Source of the DNA: Octopus sinensis
Taxonomy: Eukaryota
NCBI RefSeq assembly: GCF_006345805.1
Contig: NW_021832123.1
Location: forward strand, 1 to 64,000
Length of the DNA: 64,000 bases
Direction: 5' to 3'
Shown: piece after piece, positions 24,663-37,917 of the stretch
Position numbering within the stretch: position 1 is the first letter of the stretch
How the letters are laid out: every line of letters starts with the position of its first letter
Made by a program: the position numbers and the translations under genes
Notes under the pieces: generated by a model
Told to the model about the DNA's origin: nothing
The model's database searches: none
Seen by the model: only the letters and a program-made list of their open reading frames with translations

Positions 24663-26226
24663 TCAAATAATAATTTTACGGAGAACTTTATCTAATCTAC
24701 CAACAAACTGAGTGACGTCTTGGTGAGTAATGCCGATGGCGGCAGCACAGGTGAGATAGTCAGTGCCGTAGTCATCACAGTGGGCACCATATGACACAAA
24801 CTTGAACTGTCCGATTGTCTTTTCCACTCCTTCCCGAACTACCCTTCTGGTGACCACCCTCCATTACCGACATCCAGAAACTCGTCGATGAAAGAGCATA
24901 GACCCGATCTGAGTGGAGTCCTCGCCCTTCACTCTCTGTCTGTCCACCCTCACAGCTACAGTCACCCCACTCAACTACCAATCGAAATGCGGTTGTGAGG
25001 AGTGTTCAGCACTCGCAGGCCGTGAGTTGTACTCACAGCAGTCAGACTCTCCTTTAGGTGATTAAACACGCTTTTCCGACAATTCAAAAGTTCCCGGTAC
25101 CCCACAGCCCCCACGGAGAGAAGACTGATCACAAAATCGAGATGGGCGTTGAGGGAGGCCCGACCGGGGTACATCTCCGAAATGTGTGACCCCATTCGGC
25201 AGTCGTACCCGCAGATGATCGACCCCCCCACGGGAACCATAAAGTTTTTGTCAGTGCTTTGGACGACGGCATCCACTCTCTCCACGTGATTGCCCTGCTT
25301 TGAGGAAGGGGGACAACCTCGCGGATGAGGCCAACACAGCGCGGACATGCCAGTCCGTACGCGTTATTCACAACGAGGGGGACGGAATATTCCCGACACA
25401 GCTTGGCCAGTTCGGGTATTCTATCAGGAACTCGTGGAGCAAAGCAGGAGGTGGTGGCGAGCACACAGTTTATCGACTGGGGGTCCATTTCACTGAGCAA
25501 TTGGCTGAATTGGTGGAGATTTGTTGTCAGTTCGTCCCCCCTTTTGGTGAGTTCGACGACGACGGGAGTGAGTCCTCCAAGTAACTCGAATGTGACCAAC
25601 CGGCAGAGAGAATACACTTTAAACACGTCTTCTGGTCAATTCTACTCCACAGGACATACTTCCCTGCTGGTCTATCCTGTCGGATTGCGGACAACACCAA
25701 ATTGAGTGCCATCCCCGTGGCCAGGGGAACCACGAAAGCAAATTTGGTCTGCTTCATTCCTTCCCGGTCGAAATTGGGGGACAAACCAATATTTCGGATA
25801 ATGTCGAGAGCAAAGGAATTGGCCAGTTTCATCAAGAGTGAGGACCCGATTGCCTTGGGTTGCACAGCCGTGATATCCCCCGAACGGCCTATCCCGTGTG
25901 CCAGTCTACGGTAGGTCACCGAACTGACCCGTAGTATCTGTTGCGGACCATGTTTGACAGGAATCGGCCTTCTCTCTCGCCTATTCCGCAGTGGTCCTCG
26001 AGGTTGTTTGAATCCATCAGTGAGATTTCCCTCAAAAGAAGTTCGATCTCCAAGTCCGACCACCTTTCATTGGGGACTTTCTTCTTGTCAATTTTTATGT
26101 TTCAAATATTACAGTTGTGAATAAAAGTGCAAATTTATTTTTTATTGAATTTCGATTATCTTTGCTTTGATTGACATAATTCTCGGGAAGAAGTTTGTAG
26201 AAATGATTTATTAGTTCCTCATCCAT
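24663..26226 (-). CDS. SEPSECS: O-phosphoseryl-tRNA(Sec) selenium transferase
   Basis: MDSNN..GIGEREGR, HGIGRSGDI..QPKAIGSS, SRIDQKTC and the PLP-lysine motif QSTDKNFMVPVGG. Introns of 29, 23, 26, 22, 23 and 24 nt restore the frame. Confidence 0.95.
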
Positions 26227-26523
26227 CCCGATTCTTTATGGTAAAATCCACGTGAATCAAAATACTATATAAATATGTGTAAGTACATAACATTTTTGAG
26301 AATAATTTATAAAGAAAAAATACATTTTTTGAATTCTGCAAAGCCTATCAGAGATATGGATAAAATTGTGGCAAAGAAATTCTGGTGTATGAAAAAAAGT
26401 TGAATAACAGTTGAATTAAACAAAACAATAAAAGATATTTTTAAGAGTTATATTATTTTTAATAATCTTTAATAATAAACAACCAAAATCAATATAAAAT
26501 ATTAACAACGTGCATATCAGGTT

Positions 26524-28021
26524 ATGGGTCGTGTCGTTAAAAAAAATAACGGAAAGGTATATAATTCAACCGAGTATATAATAGAACAAGCAACTCAAGA
26601 CTGTAAAGCAAAGCAATGTTAAATTTGGTGGCAAAAAGAATGTTAGAAATAGTTTGTCAATTCTTAGAAGATGCAAAAGAAGCAGTTCAATAAGAACAAC
26701 TCCAAAAACTCTTCGTTCGTCAGCAACCAAAGTGGCTCCAATAAAGGAAAGAAGGGGAAAGTGCAATTCGCCCCAAACACAAGCATTGACAGCAAAAAAA
26801 CCGTATGGCCCTTCTAAACTAAGTTAGCCTCAAAAATCTTTTCAAAAGCAACAAAAAACCCCCCAAACGTCAAAGGTAGGCCAACAGTCTAACATTCAGT
26901 CTTCCGTGTCTCAAAGGAAGGCTACTCCTTTCCCAAAGGGTGGGAAAGCTAAAATTGTGGAAGAGGTGGAGTCGGACGATTTGAGTCAATCGGACGTGTC
27001 ATTCCCAGAAAGTGAAGAACAGAGTGAGGTGTTCGAGGAGTCAGGGGAGGATAGCATGGATGTGTCCGAGGAAGAAGAGGCCCCTCCCGTTCAACCACCC
27101 AAGAAGCAAAAGTCCCAGCCACAAAAAGTCGAAAAGATGAAAGTGGCGAGTCCAGTGTCTAAGCAAGCCAGCCAACCCGTTAAGAAGCCAGAAATGGGTG
27201 AGAAGGGTACAAAGCGGAAGAGGGATGAGGAGACTGTCCCCATGTCGGCAGAGGAGTTTACAGTCCAGAACGACCAGAAACGTCTCTTTGTCACAAATTT
27301 GCCGGGCAATGTGACTGAGGACGAGATCAAATCACTCGATAAAAATATAGTCGATTTTGTGATATTGGCGGCATATCGTAAGAGGAAGTGGTATGTGGTG
27401 TCCATTATTCGTAGTTCGGTCATTCTGGTATTTCCCTCGGAGGCTGTGGTGGAGCGTGTTTTTCCGTTGTTGCAGGGGAAGGATGTCCGCGGGAATAAAT
27501 TGGTGGTGGACTATGTGGGGCACAAGAACAGCAAGCGAAACCCGCAAGACAGTATTCCTTGGTTGTGTAGTTCAGTGGGTCCAATTGTGGATAATCGTCT
27601 GTATGTGGGTAATCTGGGAGAGCACTGCAACGAGGCCAGTCTGAAGGCCATTTTCACGACTGCCACCAAGATTTCAGTTCCCGTTAAACGGAGACATAAG
27701 TTGATTGTGTTAATCACGGAATTTAGTTTTGGGTTCGTGGAGTTTGCTGATTTTCCGGCGGCCCTGGAAGCCTTAAAGAAGCACAATTATTCGGTGTTTA
27801 AGGGGGAGAAGATGATTGTCCAGTTTGCACGGGCCAAGACAGAGGAGAGCAAGTCGAAGGAGGATTCCTCTTCTAAAAGAGTGAAGGTGGAGGAATCGGA
27901 GAGTGAGGGAATTGATGAGGAGAGTGGAGAGGATATCGGGGACAGTGAGGATGATGATGAAGAATTGGATGATGAGAGTGGAGATGATTTGGAATCATTT
28001 GATGAAGAAGAGGAGGATTAA
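26524..28021 (+). CDS. Nucleolin-like protein (basic and acidic tracts, two RRMs)
   Basis: RNP2 motifs LFVTNL and LYVGNL, RNP1 FGFVEF, acidic N- and C-terminal tracts; upstream exons joined by 24-28 nt introns. Confidence 0.8.
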
Positions 28022-28289
28022 TTCAACCTATTACTTGTTTCTTTTTTCACTGTACTTTACTTTTTGTGGTTGTTTGGGTGCTCCTTAATTAAAACTAGTT
28101 TGTAGGGCTGTAATTCTGCTCCCTATTTACTATATATGTAATTCGTATGTGCAGAAATAGGAAAATAACTCATAACAAATACGCACTTGATGATTGGTTT
28201 TAATCTCTGTTATATATTTAATCTTACAAAAAAATATTACAAAACTTTTGTTTTCCTACTGGAATTGCAAGTTCATATCGAAACTTCTT

Positions 28290-28760
28290 ACAAAGTGGAA
28301 GATAAGCTGACTTTTTAAAACGGAAAAGTCAAATTATAACAAAAAATATTGTAGAGGAACTCCCTTTCGCATCATCTCTATGGAAATTTTCATAAGTGGC
28401 AATCAAGTCTCTGTAACCAGTTTTGTGCATTGAGTGCTGGAGACAGCACTCAGAGATTTCAGGCCTTTTTTAGACAATAGCAAATACAGCGAGATAATAG
28501 ACGCTAAAATCCTTCAGGATATTTTTGAAACATAATCAAATATATTTCTCAAATGGTTTCTAACAGTCAATTATAAAAAAAACGGAATACGCGAAAATTG
28601 TTCGAGCTAAATCAACCTATGACGAACCCTGGAGAAAGCATAAAAAAGTCGGACCATTACCGGGTGACTCCCATGGAAAGATAGTATCAATCGCTGCCTA
28701 TAATGAATTCTTAAGCATTTGGCGTTTAAGAAAGCTAAATACAAAGACAAAATTAATGAT
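28290..28760 (+). mobile_element. Decayed non-LTR retrotransposon RT fragment (copy 3)
   Basis: Nucleotide similarity to copy 1, e.g. gacagcactcagagatttcaggccttttttagacaatagcaaa versus ggcagcactaagagattttaggctttttgtggacaatagcaaa; shared aaaaaagtcgga and tatcaatcgctgc. Confidence 0.75.
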
Positions 28761-29606
28761 TCAGTTGCCTATAATTAAAATATGAGTATTCATTCAGTAA
28801 CAAAAAAGCAACCATTTAGCTTATTTAACCGTAATAAAGGGTATAATTCATTATCCAAATGAAAGTGAATTTAAATTTTATAATTTTTAGTTATTGATGA
28901 GAATGAAGATGAAATGTTTATTCTAGATGTTGAAATTTACAATGAACAGTATTATCAGAAAAAAAACAAAATATAAATAATGGAACAATATAAATTGGAA
29001 ATTCGGTATTGGCAGCGACATTTGTTATACAAACATAATGATTCCACTCACTAAATATATTAGTGATTGGTAATGCCAAGAACTCAACATTTTTCACAAA
29101 TCAAAACGAATTTTTTTGTTAGAATCTAAATGACGGAGAATTCATATCGATATATCATATTTAAATAACGCAGATCTGCTTTTCGAATAAGTCTATTTTC
29201 TACATTAAAAGATCTGGACTCTATGAAAACTCCACCTCAGATATCTCTTGTTCACCATCAAAGTTCACTTGATCGGAAATAAAAAATGGAACGTAAATAG
29301 TGAAAGAATAAAAAGAACTAAAAAACGTATAAAATAAAAAAACTGCAAAATGTTAGGGTGCAAAGTAACGAGGCCTTGTCTACTGACCGATTCAACCAGA
29401 CCGCTTTCTTTTCCGTTGAGATTATAATCTAAATAATTTTTATATCTTTATTTTATTATAAATGAAAGTTCGAAAACAAAAATAGAGGCAAGATGTAAGT
29501 ACCTAAGAGAATGGGGAAAACTTTACTAATTAATGATGACTTTGATTATATGATCATTTTTAAAATATATATTGCTAACAAATTATAGGAACTCGATTGT
29601 TTAAAA

Positions 29607-32107
29607 TCAAATTATTACAGACTCTCCTTTGAGCAGCTTCCTGACCGCCTTTGTTGTATACTCAGCTGATTCCCCATTTTTAATATTCTTTCTATTCACG
29701 ACTAAGTTATTTCCAAATGTTTCTTCTGTTTTTTTGAGTTTGCAAGGTAATTTATCATATTTTTTCATCAGGAAATAAACTACCGAAACAAGTGCAATTC
29801 CAACAGCACTCCATATCATAATTTGGGTGACTGTCTCATTGTAGTAGTTATTCGAAGAGTTGTAAAATGAATTGAGTGTATAAAAAACCAATTCGAGAGA
29901 GTCTTTGTATGTGTAACTTGTTTCAGATTGAGCTCGAATATTTACTTTCTGAAATGTATTCTCATTTCTTCCTGTTTTCCTTAAATATATGTCCCCGGTT
30001 TGGTGGTCAATAGAAACCAAATTTCCACCTCCGTCGAGACAATATTCCAAATTGATGTTAAATTTGTTTATTCTGTTGTTTTTTATGACCAAAGCAGATC
30101 CATTTCGAGGAATTTGGACATATTTTGATTTGAGATTATACGCAAAGAAATATTTTTGGTATTTTCTGACCAGATGTACAACACAGAGCATGCTGTTGGA
30201 CTGCGAAGGATTTCCTCCGTCCTTTACATGTACTTTGAACTCGAGAGATTGAGCTCGACTTGAATTGTGATTTCCAAGATACAAATCTCCGTTTTTTCTG
30301 TCAATTGTTACGTTTACTGAGTCTGTTTTAATCTTGGTGATTGAGTATTCTATTTCCCCATTCACCCCGGAATCAGAGTCGAATGCTCTGACTGACCCCA
30401 CCAACGAAATTGTTCTTATTTCTAAGGGGACCAATATTGAACAAGTGGGAGTTAGGAATTCTGGGCGATTGTCGTTGATGTCTATTATGTCGATTGTAAA
30501 CTGCTTTGTGACTTGACTGTTGGATGGTTTGGAATCGGTCAGATTGATTTGAATAACGATTTTTTTAATCATTTCAAAATCAAAGACCACTTTTGAGCGG
30601 AGCTCACATGTCTCCTGCTCGAGACTCACGTAAGAATTATCCTCCATTTTGCAAATCCACGTTTTTTTATAATCAAGGTCACTAACTTTAATCTTACCGA
30701 TTAACGAGCCAATTTGCTGATTTTCGAAAATTTCCAGTTTATCTTGGGTTGATTCAAAAAAGGGGGGATTGTCATTTATGTCTTGAATTAAGATCTAAAA
30801 AGTTATAAATTAGCCAGAACTTTTATAGTTTTTGAAGTTTTTTGTGAAGGAAATCCTTCGTCCGAACAAATAATCGGAATTTGCACTGAGTCCGTTTTTT
30901 CCCTGTCAAAACTCGTTTTTGTAATAACCGAATATAAATTTTCGTTTATCACTACATTGACCAATGACGACGGAGAAAAACAAACGGCACGTTTGGGCCC
31001 TTTACTGTGTTCATAATACACGCGAAATGTCTTTATATTCTCGTGGTTCTTTTTTTCGAAAATTGAGGCCACGTTTCCTGTCTCCATAAAATCGATCACA
31101 GGTTTCAGTCGAAAGTGTTTTTTCACGTATAACAAAAAGGTGAATTTAAAATTCTGATTTTTTTGAGTTGTTTTTACGAAATATATCAGTGGCTGATTTT
31201 GTGCAGACATTCTTTTAAGGAGTTTGATTTTCCCATTCTGGATGTCAATTTCGAGATTTTTTGACGGATTTTCTAACAAATATTCGCACTTTCCAGTTAT
31301 TGGTGGCTCATTAGTCCATAAAATGCTTCCAAAGTCCATTTGATCGTTAATTATTGCGACGTTGACAAATTCTCCCCAAAAAACTAATTTTTCCGTAATT
31401 TTTATGACAAGCAGTAATTCGCTGTAGAAGGAGGGGTTGTTTTGATCCCAAACCATCAAAATCAACTCAAAAACTTGCCTGCTTTTGATTTGTTGAGTTA
31501 TTTTTAAAGTAGGAATGTCTTTTTCGACGGAAAAGAACTCATTTTTAACAGAGAGCGAGTATTTATTGTTTGAATGATTCGAAGAATCTTTATCAGTGGC
31601 ATTTACCAGTCTAATTTCAAATCCGACATTCACTGTAAATGGTATTTCAAGTTCTAGAAACGCAATGGACAGTTCAGGAGGGTTGTCATTCACGTCCAGT
31701 ATCTGCAAAAAGTTATTTAGATTCCATTTTACTGTAAACTCTATCTGGAAAGACCTTGAGGACCAGTTCTCATACTGTAAAATATCCACGTGTGCTACAA
31801 AGGAACACAGTGGACTATTGTCGCAGAGTTCTTCTCTGTCGATTCGTTGTTTGATCTGGAAATGCATAGAATGCATACATACTTTGATATTTCCGAATGA
31901 GGTGAATTGCAGGTATGCCGCAAGTACATTTTTGGTCGAAAATTGGAGGGAAGAGATGTCCCACGTGTCGAATATGTGAGGATCCGCATCGAGCAAGTCG
32001 TTTTTAAGATTTGCAATTTCAGTCCCAATTGGTAGTTCCTCCTTCAGCGAATATTTGAAAACAAGTGAGGAGAATGGGACACAGAAAAGTAGCAGTTGGA
32101 CAAGCAT
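29607..32107 (-). CDS. Protocadherin-like type I membrane protein
   Basis: Signal peptide, EC1 YSLKEEL..IDREELC, DVNDNPP, DINDNRPEF and AFDSDSGVNG Ca-binding motifs, TM IMIWSAVGIALVSVVYFLM; two ORFs joined by introns near 30650-30830. Confidence 0.9.
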
Positions 32108-33234
32108 AATCAGTTACTAAACGATTTTGAGTTAAATAAATGTATATCAGTCTCGGTCTGATAAGACTGATTGATTATGAGAACATTGAGCAGTTTTATT
32201 ACTTTACGTGTGACTTAATAGACTCTTATCGGCATCTTAGATTGTTTGACATTCACCATAAAGACTATATAATGATGCATTTTATAGCCCGTCATATGTT
32301 GTATTATTCACAAATGCATGTCTATACCTTAAAGTGAGAATTGTGGGTACAAGCGGCAATGTGATTTATATATTTTATGAATGCGTTTTACTTATCTCTT
32401 GTGTAAACATTTTAAAGTGCACTAATCTAATGGGTAGATAATTGACTTTTTCACAATAATATTGTTTGTATTACTATTATTTTATTATGCCGACACAATG
32501 TACTGTCGCCAACATTATTACAGAACTGGTCATTTTTGGTTAGTGAGTAGTACATATGTATGAATATTTTAAAATCACAAGTTAACTGATAACTGCGATA
32601 AATATTTATTTGTGATCAAAAACTGGATGTTATGATGAAATATGGGACTGATTGATATAAATTTAAGCAAATACAAAAGTATTATCAAAAATAATATCGG
32701 TAAATGAGATATCGATTAAATAAAGAATAAAACATTTTGTTTCATCAATGAGTTTGAATTATCCATTAAAACAGTCTTTAAAGAAAATATAATTTTTGTG
32801 AAGTTTTTTTATATCTTCTAAAAATAAATATTATACATCATTAAATTGATTATTTGTTACTATTTTACTACATATGATTAAAAAAATCTATAAAAAGTTT
32901 CAAACCATCGACTCAAATCAGTTTTTGAGAACTCGACCATATGCATAGGGATAACACTCAAGTCTACGTACCTTGTGATGTTAGGTGGGATCCCTCACCA
33001 AATATTTTATGGTAGGCAGTTAACTGTGCTTATAAACGAAATCCCGAGACTATTAAGTTTGAGGAACACATTTTTCTTGTATTTTCTCCAGGAAAACTGA
33101 ACCACATTTTGGAGGTCAAGAAGAGTATGATACTTGTTGTAAATATATATTTAATAGTCAAAGAAAGCAGTGTAATGCAATTTAAAGTAAAATCATAACC
33201 ATTTTAGAAAAAATAATTATTAAAGAGTGTACTA

Positions 33235-35008
33235 TATTACGATGCTCTTGCGCCCATCCTGCCTTCCCCGAACAGGAACACTACTGACTGAGACAACGTC
33301 GTTCTTGTCTGCAAATCTGGAAGATTTAGCATGAGAAATAACAGTATGCTGACTGTCCCGTTATTTTCTTTGTTCAGATGCTCGTACTTTGCCACATCTA
33401 AGCACGTATTTGCACCATAACTTACTGTACTTTTTCCGACGTCTTCTTCGATACATCAAAGTCATTAGTGCCACCAAAAGTATTATAATAACCATCAAGC
33501 CGACTCCCCAAACCACCCTGTTTTTGTGCTTGATAAAAAATGTGTCAAAAGACACCACTGTGTTTAATTCTGTACTTTTGGGCAGGAAATTTACTTTTTT
33601 GAATAGTAAATCTCCGATTGATGTAGAAAGTCCCGTAGTCGTTGATTAGTACACAACTCAATGTCCGAGGACCGTTGACTTTAGTGAATGATACCCTCAC
33701 TGCCGTCACGTTAATTTTCTCCACTGCTCGACCTGATCCCTTCAAAAGAAATTCCCAACTCATGTTAAAGACTTGTTTCATTTCGTCGCCGTAATACCAC
33801 ACAATTCGAGGGAAGGGGAATCCCCCAGTTAAAACCACGTTGAATGTCGTCACATCTCCGTCCACCATTGCCGTCGACGAAGGATAGACTTGTCCGGAGG
33901 GAGACTCTGAGGCGTATTTAAGAATTGTCCACCCGAGTACTGGACGGTAAAATATCTCCGCCGACTAACTCCAACTTTATTTTGTCCCACACAAAAGTAT
34001 CGACAGTTGTGACACATTTCAGACTGCCTCACAGTCCTGTTAGAGAGACTGTGGTATGTGACTTTGGGGGTTGGACTGGAACTCACTATCAAATTCGATA
34101 CAGTCCAGAGAAAGCACATGCGACTGATTCAGACTTGTTAATGAGGAAGATGTGATTCTCGTGGGGAGGAAAGACTGCTGTGGGGGCAGACGGGTGTATT
34201 GGCAGAACTATCAGTCAAACAGACAGAATACTTGGTTTCTTGACAAACACTCCAATACTCTCTGTCTCGAATGTCAGTCGTCCATTATCAATCACTGCCA
34301 AACAAAAATAGAACGAAGCATCCCATTTTGACAAATAATTGAAAAATAGTCCTCCTTCTCCAACAGAGGAGGCTGAGATGTTTCGGATTGGGGTTTCACC
34401 GGGCTGTTCATATTTGATTACTTTGAATCGGACATGGACGGGAATTGGGTCGAGGATATTTCGATCACATTGCACCATCAGACTTTCTCCTTCATATTTC
34501 TCAACAATCTTGTACTCGAGTGAACCAGTCGGTATGTCTATTTCCTTGGAAAATCAGTGCTTACTGGGATAATAAACAGCGATTGGAGGAATCGAAACAG
34601 AATAATGGCTGTTGACAGCATAACATCGATATTCTCCAACAAGAGCTATATCGATTCTTAGAAACTTCAAGGACCCATTTTGAATCAAAGTTGAGGAGTG
34701 TCCAGGTTGAACAACTATTCCATCGTGCTTCCAGATTATTCTACAGTGCACTCTAATGATCCAACTTGGCTGATATATTTCTACAGTTAGAACAGAGACA
34801 GTCCAAAGTGGCCGACTTCTGCAGCAGGACAGGGCCGTGTGTGAATTCCTCGATAATTGGATATGCTTGCTGAGGTAATTGATTGGATTCTCTAAATTCT
34901 TTAATTTGATTAAGGACAACTGAACCAACCACTGCACTGAGCCAGTATAACCAGGAATAGGGACAGACGAATCAGTGCAACACATGTTGATAGTGATTTT
35001 GCAATCAT
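33235..35008 (-). CDS. Immunoglobulin-superfamily cell-surface protein (about 4 Ig domains, TM, short tail)
   Basis: Signal-like MIAKSLSTCVALIRLSLFLVILAQCSG; Ig motifs IIWKHDG..GEYRCYAVN, DASFYFCLA, YFCVGQNKVG and LSCVLINDYG; TM VVWGVGLMVIIILLVALM followed by RRRRRKK. 3' end approximate. Confidence 0.8.
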
Positions 35009-35449
35009 GAGAGCACACCTGTTATGCAGTCAAATATTTATCAAATAGCGGAATGGAATATTAATAGTAGCCAAATGTCGGCATAATTTTGAAGCGCTTT
35101 ACTCGCGTACATACGTTGGAAACTACGATACAGCACGTCCGTTCGTGGGGAATTGGGACGTCTTGCTGTGAATTGGTATCATCTGGTTACTTTATTCGAG
35201 TATGACTAGAAAATAAGTCCGTCGTGACAAATAAGCTTAATTAACTCCGTCACTGTCAATGTTGCCAGTAAGACATCAAATTTATAAGTTTTGAATTAAT
35301 TTTTATCCAAAAATGTTTCAATGTTTTCTATATTTTCAAATTCGCTATCGTCTACTTTGAACAGACTCTTGAAGTTGTTCAGTAAGCTTTTTAAAGGTTG
35401 AATTAGAATTTAAGTTTGTATGCTTGATGCTAAGTTATTCGTAATATTT

Positions 35450-36720
35450 GATATCAATATTTTTAGATACATTTTTCGCAGTTATAACTTTGCATTTAAA
35501 TGACGTAAATTTGAAACTTCAGGGAAGTAATCAATTTATACACACCAAATTTATGTCTAAATTGCTGTTTTTGAAAATACAGTTTTCCCGCTATTGCTCA
35601 TCATTTGTAGGATCTAGCCAAAATTGGCGGCTAAAAGAATTTGACGAGTAAGAAAAATAATTTTTTGTTGAAATTTTTTTTACAACTTTAACGATTCATT
35701 TAAGTCAGTAATTGTGTTGTCTAAATTGTCACTTTCATTATTTTTGTTTTGAAGAAATTCATGAAGTTTGTCATTTTCAGATGACTTAATGTCTATAAAC
35801 TTCTCTTCTTTTATGGAATCTGATGTCATTAATTTATCTATTATCTGTTTAAAATTCTTTATTTTATAGTCTCTCTTAGTAGGTTTTTCAATGTTTTTTT
35901 TTCCATTTCCGTGCTAAAATATATTGACATTTCTATCCAGGCAAGATAAGAAATTAAAATTTTATCTTTTAACATTAATTTTTTAAAGCATTTAATATTT
36001 GCTTCGCCGTAAAATACGCCGGTTTTGCCAACATTATAAGTATATTCATTTATTTTTGAAGAGATAACTTCTGTAAAGTCTGCAATTTTTTTGAAATCAT
36101 CCGCAGAATATCCCAACTCACCATAAAAAAATTGTAATTTCAAATTGTGCCTTTTTTGAACTTTTCCAGCCAGCCTTTCATGGATTTAAATTCAGAAAGA
36201 ACGTTCAACGCAACAAATTCAGTTGCTTTCGATAAAATTATCTTATTATTGAAAAGCTGAGTGTTCAAGAACCTGTTGGTAATTCTTGGTGTCCTGGTTT
36301 CGAATCCCATCGGCTGCCTGTGCTGGAAACTCCGACTGGGTTTGAAGAGTAGCGTCACATGGACATCTTATCACATACGGACTCCGCATGGAAATGAATT
36401 CTCCGGATGGGATGTCGAGCTTCCTAGAATTTATTCGGGTGCACTAAAATAAAATGAAACTATAAAAAAAAGAGTAACTAAGATATCTAAAGTATTAGTT
36501 CGACATGATTCTTTAATTTCTACTCCATCATAAGTTATTTTGTCTCTTTCGTAACTTGACATCACTTCAAGTCTATGAAACGTAATTAAAATTCCAATTT
36601 CGAATTCTAAAACTATATGCTTGAATATTCAAGAATATCGGTATGATTCGTAGAAGGAAAATTCAAAAAAGCGTCATATTTTCTTCTTGTAATTGCAATT
36701 ACATTTTTTGATTTGGAAGT
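35450..36720 (-). mobile_element. Decayed pogo/Tigger-like (CENP-B HTH plus DDE) transposase
   Basis: FKSMKGWLEKFKK (cf. FKASxGWLxxFKxR) and YNVGKTGVFY (cf. YNxDETGLFY); multiple stops. Confidence 0.7.
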
Positions 36721-37917
36721 GTTTGTTGAAAACAACTCCTTTCCAGGGTCTCTGCATTTGATTAGCTGGTTATGACTATTTTTTGTGCCTGGGTTGCCAT
36801 TATGATGTGCAACTTGGGGGTTGTGTAAAAAAATTTTTTATCACCTTGTTGCCTTTCACGGCTCTGACAAGTCCCCAGTGGGAGGAAGCATAGACAGCCA
36901 TTTCATTAGGAATTTAGAATACAGAAATTAGAGACATATTAAATAAAACAGAAATTTCGAAAATGAAAAAATCTTGTTTAATTTAATGCTAAAAAAATCG
37001 TATATCTAGTTTTAATTTAGTGCTAAATGACTTCTTTATTTTCACGGAAATTTTTATTTAGCACTTATTTTTGAAAATGAAAAAATTAAAAAATTCCATT
37101 TACTTTAAAATAACGAATGAGATCGTGTTTTAGGAGTTTAGGCCACAGTAAACACTTTAACAGACTGAGGTGAAAGAGCCACACATGTATGACCTGTCAT
37201 CGAGTGAATGGAAAATGTTGTACAATTCTTGGTTAAAATTGGCACAATTATTTTGACATGATGGAATTGTAACAAAATGCAAACTATGTGATGCCTTATC
37301 GATTGATGTGCGAATTGTTGCATATATTCGTTAGTAATAAAGAAAACTATTAAAAGTATTATTGTCGAGCATTAACATGGGATCACAGCTCCAATTAAGG
37401 ATATGTTCATTGGAAGAGTCCACAACGTAATGTGTTCATGAAACGGGGGTGAAAATCGGGTGAATTTATGACTGTTTGGCTTAATTAAAATAAATTTACA
37501 GTATAGCGAACGAAACCTTTCGATTGATGATTAATGTGGCAAGCCATCCGAGTTGCCCATTCTATCGTGTTGCACTTGACTTATATTGTGATTTTGATGC
37601 TGTGAAATTAAATCGCTGATTACAATTCAGTGCGTGGAAAATTAAATTCCACTAAGCAAAATGGGTTTTTAGCATTTCTTGCTTTTGTTCTGAATTTTTA
37701 ATTCTAATTTTGTTTTCTGATATTATTTCGTCTACCGTAAAAGACTCTATGTCACCAAATTAAAAAAAACTTTCATTAAATGAATTCAATTTCATTTTTT
37801 TAGTATTTTTGATCTTTATTAAAGTCATTTTCTATATAACGCGACATTCAATTTTATTAAAATTATGTCGAATTCTATACGAATTATAAAATTAGGCCGA
37901 TTTCAAGATAAATCAAG

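Noticed and set aside
27552-27560. U12-type donor (GTATTCCTT) in the nucleolin-like gene
   Set aside because: Does not match RTATCCTT and has no CCTTRAC branch site; treated as an ordinary micro-intron.
28860-29250. Penelope-like RT remnant (also 49500-50150)
   Set aside because: Only faint ILDVEI and IYNIKC echoes; too degraded to support.
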